In this document: positions 13,894 through 26,359 of the stretch, one piece after another
How the letters are laid out: every line of letters starts with the position of its first letter
Numbering within the stretch: the first letter of the stretch is position 1
Assembly (NCBI GenBank): GCA_022605425.2
Contig: JAKIMF020000013.1
Location: forward strand, 558,001-622,000
Source: Hamiltosporidium tvaerminnensis FI-OER-3-3
Taxonomy: Eukaryota > Fungi > Microsporidia
Direction of reading: 5' to 3'
Length of the DNA stretch: 64,000 nt
Made by a program: the position numbers and the translations under genes
The notes under the pieces: model-generated
The model's input: the letters and a program-made list of their open reading frames with translations, nothing else
Database searches by the model: none
Told to the model about the DNA's origin: nothing

Positions 13894-14475
13894 CTAAGAT
13901 AATCGATTTTTCATTTCATACATAATTTCTTGAGCATCATATAATTCGTCTAACAATTCTTGACTGATTTTGGCACGATGAATAAAATTACAAAAACCAG
14001 CTCTTAGACATTCCAAATTCTCAAACTCTTTACAACATGCCTTTTTTAGATTATCCACATGGCACAATTCTACGCATATTAACCTATCAGCATAAAAACG
14101 TGTGTTTAATTTTTCCACGCATTTTATAGCCTCTTCTTCTCTAGAAAATTTAATGTAAATATTTCCTAAAAGATGGTCACTTATATTAAGAGCAATTACC
14201 ATATCTATAATGTATCCATAAGTAATACTAATTTCTGTAAAAAAATCTTCATAAAACAATTCTAAATGCTCTTGGATAGCAAGTTCTGTCATTGTACATT
14301 CCGGATTATGGCTAGGAAAAAAATATAAATTTTTTATTAAAACCGAATAACTTCTAACTGGTGGCATATGCTTTTTTTCACATGCCTCTCCGTGTCTACA
14401 TGCACCAACACGATAATAAAAACTACATTTCTCATCTCTGTCTCTAAAATTTTCTTTTCGATCATTTTCGAGCAT
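13894..14475 (-). CDS. U2AF1: Splicing factor U2AF small subunit (U2AF35/U2AF23)
   Basis: CCCH finger CSFYYRVGACRHGEACEKKH, UHM/RRM (HLLGNIYIKF, LNTRFY), second finger CCKEF...CLRAGFCNFIH. Confidence 0.95.
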   Translation of the reverse strand: MLENDRKENFRDRDEKCSFYYRVGACRHGEACEKKHMPPVRSYSVLIKNLYFFPSHNPECTMTELAIQEHLELFYEDFFTEISITYGYIIDMVIALNISDHLLGNIYIKFSREEEAIKCVEKLNTRFYADRLICVELCHVDNLKKACCKEFENLECLRAGFCNFIHRAKISQELLDELYDAQEIMYEMKNRLS

Positions 14476-15702
14476 TAATCTAACTGTAAATTATGGGTTT
14501 AAATATATTTTAAATGCCCTCGTACGAATCATACGGAAAAAAAATCGAGGGAAAAGTATAAATCATTTTTATTCAAATGAAGATTTTAGTTTGAAACTTC
14601 AAAAAATTAATATTTTAAGCCAAGAAATTTATATGGATATGAATGTTGCTAGAGTTGTTTGTTTAAATTACTAATTTAGTAAAATAATGCATTCATCTTG
14701 CAAAGTTAAAGTAAATGCTTTCATTTTATAACAAAAAATCTTTGATATATTTTTTTAAATAAAAATTAAAAAACTAAAACATAAAATATCTGTATAAGAA
14801 AAAAATATTAAAAAGAAAAGAATTTTAAATTATTTATATTTTTACTGAAAAAAATATCAAACACAAAAATATTAAATTAATCTGTTATAATATTCAGATA
14901 TATGCAAGTCTAAAAAGAATCTATTTTATTCTTTTGAATACAAATTATATTTTACAAAATAATCGAATTCAGGGAAAAACATGGTTATAAATATTCTAAG
15001 AAAGCAAAAATAAATTAAAGTTGCTCAAAATAAACAGAATATTAAAAATACAAATATATATTTGATAATATGAACTAGAAAAAACCACAATGATAAAACA
15101 TCGTCATTTTGATTTTCTCAATGGGTTCTCGAACTTCTTTCCCGTATTTTTTTATTTATCATTTATATCAAGGTTTTCAAACTATGGCATGCAAAGATAT
15201 TCTGTCTGACCCGCAGAGCAATTTATCCGGGTTAACACGATTTTTTTGTTCTTAGGTTTATTCTTAACCAGTAAATTGATAAGCGCTTTATACCCTGGCG
15301 TTATATTTGTTCAGCTACATCATCGAAAGGCAGAAGAAGACTGGAATAGCTATATAAGTATAATTTTCATAAATTAATATTTTGGAATTATAGATCTTGA
15401 AATATAACAACTAAAAACTTAACAATTAGTTATAGAATAGCTTGTAAACAGAATTTTAAAATTTAAAAGAACCATATGTTTTCAGAACTATTCAGAGTAA
15501 AATATACATATAACAAGAAACTTAACAATCATAGAATAGTTTTTAAAAAGAAAAAATGAGGAAATTAAATAGTAAAAGAATAAAGCAGAGAATTCATTTC
15601 ATCTTTTGTTGTAGAGAAACCAGTAAAATACCATAAATATCCCAGAAAGACTAAGATTGATAATATAATGTAAAGAATGATTTCTTTGAGGCCGAAACCA
15701 TC

Positions 15703-17310
15703 TTATTTTTTCGATTCTGGGTCTGGATTTGCCGATTCAGGAGGGCAAAAGCGAAGTTTTCGGTCTTCAGAAGTGAGCGTGGAAAGTTCATTTTCAAATA
15801 TATATTTAAAATAACTTTCCTTAATCTTACTATTGTTTGCGAAAATCTTATTTTTTTCTTTAGTCATTTTTTCATTTATTTGGTTGTCTAAAAACGTTTT
15901 AAAACTATCATTAGAAAAAAATTCAACAAAACAATATATTTCTATTAAAACTGTTGTTTTGGGTACTTTATTACAATTTAAATAATTCCCGTCTTCCTTT
16001 TTAACATAATCAATCTTTTTTTGATCGAATATTTGTTTGAAACTATCAATACGCTCTTTTCTATATTTTTTAAGTATTTCTATATTTTCATTCTTTCTAG
16101 ATTCCGTTTTTAAAACATCTACAAGGAACAAAAATTCAATAATGATTCTTGAAATATTTTTTTTGTTTAGGATTTCTTCTCCGAGACATAGAGCCTTTAA
16201 ACATAATACGGCAGAAATATAATTATGATATTCTTCTTTTGTTTTTTCTATCAGAAATTCATATAAAGTTTTTATAAAAATCACATCAGTTTCATTACAT
16301 AATAGTTCTATGAATACATGAGGGAAGTTGGGATCTTCTGGTTTATTCTGAAAATTGCTTATATTTTTATCTAATTCAAATATTTCATCAAATCCGTTTT
16401 GGTTTTTTAAAACCTTTGCCACAATTTTCTCAGAAATAAATTTCAATACCATTTTATACTGTTGATCATTAAACACATTATTCATATTAGTACTTAAAAT
16501 TGTGGCTGTTTCTATTATGTTTTTCGCAGATTCATTCAAATTCACAGGGAAAACTAAAGGCCAGAATTGGGACTTAAAGTTCTTTGAATGGCGATGAAGT
16601 ACAACTCGATAAAAATATTTCATTTTAAAATATCCCAAAAAAACAGAAAAATTGTTCGAATGTTGCATTTGATAAGATGTCTTTTAGAGGCGATGGTTTA
16701 GAATTTTCATCAAATACTATTTTAAATTTTTTTAAGACTTCTAGATCAGTTTCATCTCTTTTGTTAAAACTCCGTGATATGTCTGGAGTTAAAGCCTCAT
16801 ATGAAGGGATGAGGTAATCTAAATTCTTATAACTAAAACGATTAATTTTATCTAATAAAAAATCCTTGAATATTTTTTGTACAATATCTTTATATTCTTC
16901 ATTTTCTTTATACATCTCCACAAATTTTCCAAAGCAAATTAGATTAAAAAGAAGTTCCGGTTGATATGCTTTTAAATATTCTTCGCTGCAATCATTATAA
17001 AAAATACAACAATTTAAAGTGGTAAAATGTCTTAAGAAGGGATGAAGTTCTTTCTCGATATAATCTTTTATTTTGTCGAAATAAAACTTGCAACTTTGAG
17101 CATTTGATATTTGTCTTTGCAATTTATTGCTTTTAAAATTTCGTTTATACTTTCTTTTACTTCACTGTTATCAGCTGTTATGTCATTATACGAAATTCTC
17201 ATATGCATTTCGTTTGTTTTCGTTGGATCTTCCAAAATAAAATCAGAGCTATTTTCTGGTGTTGACGCTGCTATAAAAGAAAAATATGAAAAAACATGGA
17301 ATTAATTTTT
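15703..17310 (-). pseudogene. Hypothetical (probably secreted) protein gene split by at least 2 frameshifts; pseudogene or homopolymer sequencing errors
   Basis: ORFs 16625-17122 and 15703-16668 overlap across a T7 run (A7 at 16637-16643 on +); a third frame upstream reads ...FIAASTPENSSDF after a hydrophobic leader. Confidence 0.55.
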
Positions 17311-17777
17311 TTTTATATTATATATTCAGCAAATAACCAAAAAAAGACAGATTATTGCGATCAGTGATAATTTAAAAATCGTAGATTTCCCGTTTAAAGT
17401 AAATTATCATTCTTCTCATTGGTAATTTGAAAAAAATCTCAAAATAATTTCAAATGTTGATCAAAACGATTTGATTATGAGTTTTATTTTTGTATTTTAT
17501 AATGAAAAATTTCTGTCCAAAGCAATAAATTTATTTATTTTTACAAAAAGAATATTCCACAAAGAGCAGAAATATGCGTTAACATGTATTCGTATTACAG
17601 TTATACACCAACGAGAAGAATTTGCAAACAAATGGCTTAAACACAATTACCTCGTTTTTTTACAACCGCTAGCTTACCCGCCGCATGTTGCTACGATAAT
17701 AAAAGAAATTAGTTTCAAGTATAGTAAAAAAACATAAAATGATTTTTTTAATTTAATTAGTAGTTATTTATTTTTTC

Positions 17778-18342
17778 GCTCATTGAAGTAGGATTCATTT
17801 CAAATAGTTGAAACTGAAAAACTTAGGAAGTAAGACCTGCTAGCCAATGAGTTGGGTCTTATTTATAAGTGTAGTGTTGAGATAATCCCTTATGTGATGA
17901 CCTGGGACGGTATTGTGACAAAATACCATAAATCTCATCTTAAAATACTAGAAATACCCATGAATGTAGAGGCATACATTCGGTCTATAGTACTCAAGAA
18001 GACAGTCGAAACAATTTCTTTTGATCGACGAACAGGACTTGAGTCAGGACTAAATGCCGAAGAGAGCTGGGAAAGAGCGTCAATGGGTGTTATTATGAGA
18101 TCAGAGATGCATGAGAAACCAACACCCCCTTTAAAAGGAGAGAAGAGAGAGGAAGATGGTGTTAAATTTTTAAAACCAAAAAATTATAAACCCCTTATTT
18201 CACAAGAAGGAACCACTTTAAAGGAACCGACCAATAACATAAATGAAGAGTCGGATTTGGAAGAAGAGACAATAGTGGTTAAAGAGGTAGAAGAAAACAT
18301 GTAAAAAATGGTAAAAATATTTTAACCCAGAAGTTCATTAAA
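17778..18342 (+). mobile_element. 5'-truncated REL-endonuclease non-LTR retrotransposon 3' end
   Basis: ORF 17852-18304 is nearly identical to the C-terminal part of ORF 31971-32453; shares the 3' terminus TTTAACCCAGAA...ATTAAAT. Confidence 0.9.
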
Positions 18343-18639
18343 TAAAAATAAAAATTAATTTTTTTGTTTTTGTGTCCATACGAAAAAATCAGAAAATGTT
18401 TTAACGAATGAAGTAGCTAATAGAGTTGTCATGTGAAAAGCACGTTTTAACCAAATCTATTTTACACACTGGTGCATTTATTCTCTTGCGTTTCATTGTC
18501 TTTCCAAAAGTGAATCGTAAAGAAACTTACAATTTAAAATGGATTATCCGTTGGAACTGTTGAAATGTGTGGGAACAGTAAATTCCTCGTTGATAATACT
18601 TGTATATTATTATCATCCTTTATTGCATTACACATCCAA

Positions 18640-18830
18640 ATAACACCCTATCCTATTTCCTCTTATCACTAAACCCGTCTAATATACAACAATCTATATT
18701 AACACCCCATTAATCTAATAAACATATACTAACACCCTTTAAGCGACTATTCCACATAACACCTTTTAAGATACCACGCTTTATATTAACATCATTTAAA
18801 TCACTCACTCATATTAACACCGTTTAATAA
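18640..18830. repeat. Degenerate ~30-bp tandem repeat with TAACACC core
   Basis: TAACACC(C/T/G)-like core recurs about 6 times at roughly 30- or 60-bp spacing. Confidence 0.5.
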
Positions 18831-18987
18831 AGATCCAATAATAATTCCTTTAGTTTATCTACATTTATAATTAAAGATACCTCTTTATAAAAAAAATTCC
18901 TCCTATTTATAAAAATACCACCCTTTATTTACTACTTCTTTAAGCACACACACATTCATTTTTATCTATATATATAAAAGAAAATAA

Positions 18988-19706
18988 CTTTATTTGAAAC
19001 GTATCACATCTTTTTTCCCCAGTGGCAAGTGTTATATTTGTTTTCATGAAATTAACGCAGTTCTAGATTTAACATAAATAACCGCTATTCCCACACTCCA
19101 ACAGTACCCCATGTGATACCTATATCCCAAAAGCTTTCATATACCAGTATATAGAACCTAATTAATAGACGAGGCAATTCCCCGGAGTTCGTTAATGTTC
19201 GTTGCATGGAGTGTGATCGAAGGCCGAAGCCTACCTTGGGCTTCCTCGAGACTATGCAGCATTCCCAATTATTCTACACTTTTTGGGACAAAAAACTTCT
19301 AGCTAAGATATATTTCAGAGGATTAAATGGGGTTCACCAAAACAGTACAATTTCATACTAACAGGTATAACCAGCTACTTAGCTTCACGGGTTTTAAAGA
19401 GTGTTTTATCTCCTTTGTGGTAATTCTTTTAACCGAGTAAGAAGGCTAAGTTTCCATACTTTTCGTTTGCAATTACCTACATGTTCAGTTTATTCTGCAA
19501 TCTAGTTACATAAAAAACTACAAATAGATTTTTAGAAAAAGTTTCGCCATTTTGTAGAACTCTAATCCTCCTACAAACTCCCACTGAACAACCGAAGATA
19601 TAGTGGGGTTCTATTCAAACAAAAAAATCAAAACAATGATTCTCACACTAGTTTCACCCAGTCACTGCTAAGCAGAAAGTTTTTTATGTGGTTATCCTCC
19701 CTTCAC
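18988..19706 (-). mobile_element. Family A non-coding retroposon, moderately diverged full-length copy
   Basis: Collinear with other copies; candidate TSD AAGAAAATAA at 18978-18987 and 19712-19721. Confidence 0.9.
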
Positions 19707-20851
19707 TTGATAAGAAAATAAAATTAAAAATATGAATGATTACATAAAAAAGATACATTTATAGATAATTTTAGTAAAATTTTTTAGTAAAAATAAGATT
19801 ATTTGGTTTTTAACATTTTAGAAATCATTTTTTTTTATTATTTTATACAAAAAAACAAAATGAAATCACAAAAAATATGTAGTTAATTGATTATTAGTGA
19901 GATTGATGCAGTTGAGATTCGCCACAATGATTTGTAAAAATTGTGAATTGAATTTACTAGTAGAAATAAATTATCAATAACGACTGAAAGTGCTTATTTG
20001 TTAATTTGGATCTGTAAATATTTCTTGTGTATTTCCTTAAAAGAATATTTGTTCACACAGTTAGGTAGTGCCAAAACGGTAGAAAAAATTCATCGATTTA
20101 CTGAAAGTTATCGAATGCTGTGCTGGAATATTCTTATAAAATCCTAGAGATGCTAATACTTTCTTTAAAAAGATTATAAAGGTACATTTATATTTTTTGA
20201 ACGCCTGTATGAGGTTTTAAACATTTAATTCAAGAATATTAAGAAATAACACCGATATAATACTCCACAATGCGTTGGTATCAAATCTAATGAGTCCTTG
20301 GCCCTCGAGACTTTTTTTAAAAGTCAATATGGCGCGGGATAAGGAGTTTGGCAACCCTTGGATTAAACCTTTCTTTATATTTTAGTCAATGGAAATAAAG
20401 TATGGTCATACGCTCTTTTAACATTAATCCACGTCACCTTAAACTATGCTGTATTCTTTATTACAAGAAACACACAATAAATTTTCTTCTTAAGTCTTGT
20501 AATATTTTATAATATCCATGCTTTTTAAAACCTTAATTTTATTTTCCACTTTGTGCATCCAAATATTAGTTTTTGAACTTTTATTAGAGTTATATGAATT
20601 AAAAGTCTTTAATATGAAATTCTTAGTATCTTCTAATCCCTAGGAATATTTATGCTAAATGAAAACTGTTTATATTGTAATCTTACTTCAAATTATTTCT
20701 AATAATTATATATTTAGAAGGTACATGCGTATTCGTATGGTTTTATATATAGAAATTATAAATACCATCAATTACAATTAATAAATTTACTTACTTATTC
20801 CATAATCCTTTATCTCTCAATGATGCGACAATTAAAAATCTAATTACTCAA

Positions 20852-21578
20852 CTTTATTTAAAAGTATCACATCTTTTTAAAATAGTGGCAAGTGTTATAT
20901 TTGTTTTTATGACATTAACGCAGTTCTAGGTTTAACATAAATGACTGCTACCCCAACACTCCATCGGTAACCCCTGCGATACCTACGTCCCAAAGCTTTT
21001 CATCTACCAGGTGTGTAGAACCTAATTAATAGGCGAGGCAGTTGCCCGGAGTTCGTTAATGTCCGTTGCATGGAGTGTGATCGAAGGCCGAAGCCCCCCT
21101 GGGCTCCCCTATACTATGCAGCATTCCCACTTATTCTACACTTTCTAACCCAATAAACTTCTAGCTAAGGTATATTTCAGAGATTTACATAGGATCCACA
21201 TAGACAGTGCAATGTCATACCAACAGGTATAACCTGCTACTTAGCTCTCCCGGCTTTAAATGGTTTTTTGTTTTATATCTCCCAGGCGCTAAGTCTTCTG
21301 ACCCGAGTGAGCAAGGCTAGGTTTCCATGCTTTTACATGGCAATTACCTACATGTTCAGCTGCGTTCTGCAATCTGCTTACATAAAAAACTACAAATAAA
21401 TTCGTAGAAAAAGTTTCTCCATTTCTTAGACCTCTTCTCCTCATAACAACTCCCATAGAACAACCGAAGATGTAGTGTGGTTGTATTCCCACCAAAAATC
21501 CAAACAATGATCTCACACCAGTTTCACACACTCATTGCCAAGCAGAAAGTTTTTTATGTGGTTATCCTCCCTCCACCA
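20852..21578 (-). mobile_element. Family A non-coding retroposon, full length
   Basis: Highly similar to the reverse complement of 43665-44396; candidate TSD CTAATTACT at 20840-20848 and 21579-21587. Confidence 0.95.
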
Positions 21579-22054
21579 CTAATTACTTGAAATTATAACC
21601 CTAACAAAATAATTTTTTTATTGTTTTAAAATCAATTTTGAGAAAAATTTCTTAGTTTGGTAAATGTTAAAAGACTATTTATTAAAAAAACTGTCAAAAA
21701 AAATTACCTAATAAAAATTTAAATAAATATCCTAAAAAAAATTAACGCATAATAAATTTAAGAATCAACTGTTTTTATTATAATTGAAGTTTAAAAGATA
21801 TATTCTTCTTCAAAAAAAGATTTTAAAAAAAATTTGTTAAATTATAAAAAAAATAAGAAAAACTCTATTGAAAATGAAATATAAAAAAATTCGAAACAAT
21901 AAAAAAAATGAAATAAAAAAAAGAAATAAGAAAATACGTAAATCATAAACGGTGAAAATTATAAAAAAGTAGTAAGTCTTTAAAAAAACTGAAATATAAA
22001 ACACTAAATATTTTAAGAATACGAAAATATAAAAAAAAATTAGAATACTTCTTT

Positions 22055-22999
22055 TTATTCATCATAGAACTTTATCGGCCATCTTAACTTCTCCATTAAA
22101 GATTCATCCCAATTCATAAATTCAACATGTCTTGAATCAAAATTGGGTTTAACATGCAACAATTTAAACTCTTTAAGATTATTTATTTCTTCTGCATCAA
22201 ATGCAACATCAATTAAATTGAGAAGATTATCTTGAAAAGAACCAAGTGCATGGTACAATTCATAATTTCTAAATATTGGATTGAAATCCCAATAAAGTCC
22301 TTTGGCATACATTTTTTTAATAACACTGACTGCTTTAAGGGTTTGTAGATCCAAATTCGGTCGAGGTGTTCCAACATACACAGCATTCATAAGTCGATAT
22401 CCTGTAACCATTTTTGTGATTCTTTTAAAAAGATCATCGGTAAAAAACTTAGATAAAGGAATTTTACGAATCCATTCTGAATCCAATGCTTTCATATTGT
22501 TTGATGTAAGAATCTGAGCGTATAAAGATAATGGTTGTTCTTTAGAAAGATAAGGAACAAGAATGCGTGGGAATTCATCAGACAAATGATCAGAAATAAA
22601 AGAACCTTTGGTAAGAACATAAAAGACGTGAATCATAAGTGCTTCTCTAAGATTTATGTCAGTAAAAGCATCAGACTTTTTTAAATCTTCGGATTGAACC
22701 CATACGAGTGAAGAATACTCTTCTTCGTCCATTTGACGTATTGCTAGAGCATCAAGAAGTGGTACTTTGAAAGTACAGCAGAATTTATAAATGTTCATTT
22801 TCAAATCTTCGTGGCCAAAAGTCATTCCTCGGTGCCATTTGGTTGCTTCATTTTTAAATTTTTTGGTTTTCGTACAGCCACAGAGATCCTTTATTGTGTC
22901 TTGTAGGTCATAAGTTTTTTTGCTTTCGGTATGTTCTCTGTTTGAGTAATACTTTGGTCGAGAATCGTATTTCGCAGGTTTGGAAATTTGTGGTTGCAT
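22055..22999 (-). CDS. Intact ORF resembling qinvirus-like (negative-strand RNA virus) nucleoprotein; putative endogenous viral gene
   Basis: Motifs FYVLTKG, TGYRL, WDFNPIFR, NLLNLI...F..EEI..L....LL..KP and terminal F.NW resemble recalled qinvirus-like N proteins; CCCC before ATG 22999; AATAAA overlaps the stop. Family call is unverified. Confidence 0.6.
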   Translation of the reverse strand: MQPQISKPAKYDSRPKYYSNREHTESKKTYDLQDTIKDLCGCTKTKKFKNEATKWHRGMTFGHEDLKMNIYKFCCTFKVPLLDALAIRQMDEEEYSSLVWVQSEDLKKSDAFTDINLREALMIHVFYVLTKGSFISDHLSDEFPRILVPYLSKEQPLSLYAQILTSNNMKALDSEWIRKIPLSKFFTDDLFKRITKMVTGYRLMNAVYVGTPRPNLDLQTLKAVSVIKKMYAKGLYWDFNPIFRNYELYHALGSFQDNLLNLIDVAFDAEEINNLKEFKLLHVKPNFDSRHVEFMNWDESLMEKLRWPIKFYDE

Positions 23000-23261
23000 T
23001 TTTAAGGGGTGTTTCACATTTTTTTATAAAATTATTTTTTTTTAAGAAATTATTTCATTTACCGTAAAAAAAAAGAATGGAGTATGGAATTAAAAAAAAA
23101 TATTTTGAAAGAAAAATAAATATTTTTTTAAAATAATTAATATGAGAGTAAAAAGATAAATAGTTCATATAAATACATATTTAATTCTTAAAATAACTTA
23201 TTTTATTGTATTGTATTTTAGTTTGGTTTAGTTATGTAATTATAGATGTATTTAAAAACAA

Positions 23262-23347
23262 ATGTAAAAGCTAGAACTGCGTTAATGTCATGAAAACAAA
23301 TATAACACTTACCACTATTTTAAAAGGATGTGATATTTTAAATAAAG
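23262..23347 (+). mobile_element. Family A 3'-terminal ~85 bp only (5'-truncated copy)
   Basis: CTAGAACTGCGTTAATGTCATGAAAACAAATATAACACTT...GATGTGATATTTTAAATAAAG. Confidence 0.85.
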
Positions 23348-23384
23348 AGTTATATAAGTAAATATATTAGTTATAACCAAGATT

Positions 23385-24099
23385 AGGTAGATAAAGAATG
23401 ACCATAATAAGAACTATTGTTTTTAAAATAAGTCGGTAAAATTTAAGAGAAAACACGTCTTTGGTTTTTTTGGTTGGATCAAAACTACAATAAAGCTTCG
23501 GATTTTTTATGGTTATTTATATAATTAGATTGGTCTATAAATTAGGGAAACTTTTTCGACGAAGAATTTGTAATTTTTATGTAACTATATTTGAGACTAA
23601 GACTGAAATTGTAAGAAATTGCCATGTAAAAGCATTGAAACCTAGCCTTGCTCACTCGGATTAAAAGACATAGCGATTGGGAGGTACAAAAAAACTTTAA
23701 ATCAAAAAAGAGGAAAGCCAAAGAAAATTCATACCTGTTGATATGGTATTCTAAGGTCGATGTGGATTACGTGTAAGTCTCTGAGATATATCTTAGCTAT
23801 AATTTTATTGGGTTCGAAAAGTTGTAGAATAAATGGAAATGCTTCATAGTCTTGGGGGAGCTCGGGGCTTCATCCTGTGATCACACAACAAGCAACATAT
23901 TTTAATAATTCAGAGCGACTGACCTAATCATTATGTGGTTTCTTACTCACTTTTAGATGAAAAGCTTTAGGATGTATATATCTTAGAGAATACCGAGAGA
24001 GTTTGAAAGAGGAAATATTTATGTTAAATCCAGAACTGCGTTAATGTAAATAAAAAAAATATACATCTGTTACAAAAAGATTTGATTTTTATTAAAAGG
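23385..24099 (+). mobile_element. Old, diverged family A copy
   Basis: Retains GCCATGTAAAAGCA, CCTAGCCTTGCTCACTCGG, CATAGTCTTGGGGGAGC, AGAACTGCGTTAATG. Confidence 0.85.
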
Positions 24100-24247
24100 A
24101 AAAGTAACTAAAACAGAAGAAGAATTAAAATTAAATTTAAATTTTTTTATAAGCATATTATTGTTAAACAAACTAAATTTTTATTGTAAATATTCTTTTA
24201 TATAAGAAGTGGAAGTAAAAAAAAACTTTTTGATACTAATTTGTTAT

Positions 24248-24374
24248 AAAATTATCGAATACCGAAGTAAGGTACTTATCGTGTCCTTCAATTTATTCTA
24301 TCTCATTAATAATTTGCTATGAAATTATCGAATACCGAATTAAGTTACTTATCTTGTCCTTCAATTTATTCTAT
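24248..24374. repeat. Imperfect ~53-bp direct repeat, 2 copies
   Basis: AAATTATCGAATACCGAA.TAAG.TACTTATC.TGTCCTTCAATTTATTCTAT occurs twice. Confidence 0.8.
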
Positions 24375-24889
24375 TCATTTTATAACGAATTATTTGAAAT
24401 TTATTTGAAATTTAACAGTTTATTTTTTTAAGTATTTTACTATTAAAAAGTTCCACATTTAGAAAATAAAAAGTCCTCAAAAAATAACGAATATTTTTAA
24501 CAACTTATAAAAATTTGATTAAAAATAAAAAAAATCTGATTAAATACTTTTTTAATTTCTACAATAAATATTTTAATAAATTAAAAAGAATACTACACTT
24601 ATTATAGATAAATATATAAAAATGAATTAGATTTTATAGGAATAGAAAATATTAAATATATATTGTATTAAACATAAAAAGAAGGTTTAATAGATCCTAA
24701 TGTATAGAATAAATCAAAATATTTTTAGAAATGTTATAGTTTATTGAATATCTAAGAAGGTCTTTAAGATAATATATTTATTAATAGAAGTATTTTTGTT
24801 TTTTTCTAATATTTTAGTTATTAAAAAAATTAATTGTAAAAAAATATTTGTGGGTTTCGTTATTTTTTTAAAAAAAATAATCATCCCTT

Positions 24890-25426
24890 ATGGGACAATT
24901 ATGTTCAGATTGTTGTAAACGACCAGTTTGTAGAATTGTGATATTGGGTTTGGATGAAGCCGGTAAAATGTATTTGTATTCAAATTTAACAAATAAAAAA
25001 GAAGAGCACAAAAACGAACTTGTTTATAAACACGATGAAATAAAATTAAACGGTATGTCAATATTTTTGTGTAGTGTTTTAGGAGATGAAAAAGCGCGTA
25101 ATTTATGGAGTGTTCAGATACAAAATTCCGATGGAATAATTTTTGTTGTGGATATTTCTAATGAAGCTTCATATAAAGAAATTACGGAGGAATTTCAGCG
25201 AATTATGGATGTAAAGGCATTTACTGAAGGAATGAATATATTGTTGTTGTGTAATAATGGACTCAAAACTGACAGAGAATATCGAGAAGTTGGAGATGCG
25301 ATTTTTTCTCCTTTTCTTGAAAATCCTGGCATACGGATTAACTATTGTTCGATCGAAGAGTGGCTATTTATTGATGATGGGCTTGAGTGGTTGTGTGAAA
25401 GAATAAAAACCAAAAATGAACATTAA
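24890..25426 (+). CDS. Divergent Arf/Arl-family small GTPase
   Basis: MG start, RIVILGLDEAGK P-loop, RNLW, DGIIFVVDIS, DGLEWL; CCC before ATG. Confidence 0.85.
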   Translation: MGQLCSDCCKRPVCRIVILGLDEAGKMYLYSNLTNKKEEHKNELVYKHDEIKLNGMSIFLCSVLGDEKARNLWSVQIQNSDGIIFVVDISNEASYKEITEEFQRIMDVKAFTEGMNILLLCNNGLKTDREYREVGDAIFSPFLENPGIRINYCSIEEWLFIDDGLEWLCERIKTKNEH

Positions 25427-26359
25427 AATATTTTTCTATTTTTGTTTTTTGTGTTTCTTAATAATAAAATATTGATAACACCGCTATTTTACTTTTTTTG
25501 TAAGAAATTCGTTTTTTTTAGAAAAGAAGATTTATTTTGAGTCAAAGTAATATTTTCATAGAATGTGGAATGTGTTTTTTCGATAAACGATTTCTGAATA
25601 GAAAAAATGAATTTACAGAAGTAATTTCTATTTTTTGTATTATCAAAATTTTAATCTGTAACTTCTGTTTGATTTAAGTTTGGTGTATTCTATATTAAAA
25701 TACATTTGTTGTGCTTTTTCAAAGACTATATTTTTAAAATATGAGCTTCATAATTATTAGACATTTTTATTCTTTTCAGTCTTAATATTTTATTTTTCAA
25801 GTTTTTTTAAGATATTTCATATAATTAAATCATAAAATAATTTCAGTTAATGAGAATAATAGTTTGTGTAAAAGTAAAATTCTACATAAAAAAAAGACAA
25901 ATCAAAATATATACATAGATTCCCTTTAGATAATATAATAAGGTTATTTATATACTATAAGTATGGAAATTTTTATTAAATTTTATGTTCTATTCTGACT
26001 GGCGCTAGATAATATGATACTTTTTTGGATTTTTTTTCATATTATCTAAAACATGAATAAAATAATATTTATTGGATTAAAATAACCAAAAATGTTTCCG
26101 AAAATAGCAACGGCTTTTAAAAATGTCTGGTTTGTGAAAATTAAGGAATCCTAGACAATATTAAATTAATAGAAAAGTAAATTTTCGAAAGAATGAAATT
26201 TATAAAACATTTCTTGTCTAATTTGAGGCTTAGAAAGTGTATAATAACAATTCGAATGTTAAAACAATTATATTAATTATATTTTAGTTATATTTACAAG
26301 TTTGGGCCTAAAAAATGAATTATGAGCACTTGGTTCAATAAATTCTAAAGAAATACCAT

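Noticed and set aside
20290-20361. GC-rich patch ending GTTTGGCAACCCTTG, like a hAT-MITE terminus
   Set aside because: No partner inverted repeat or 8-bp TSD found
24248-24374. Direct repeat with a spacer as a CRISPR-like array
   Set aside because: Only two units, eukaryotic context, no cas genes
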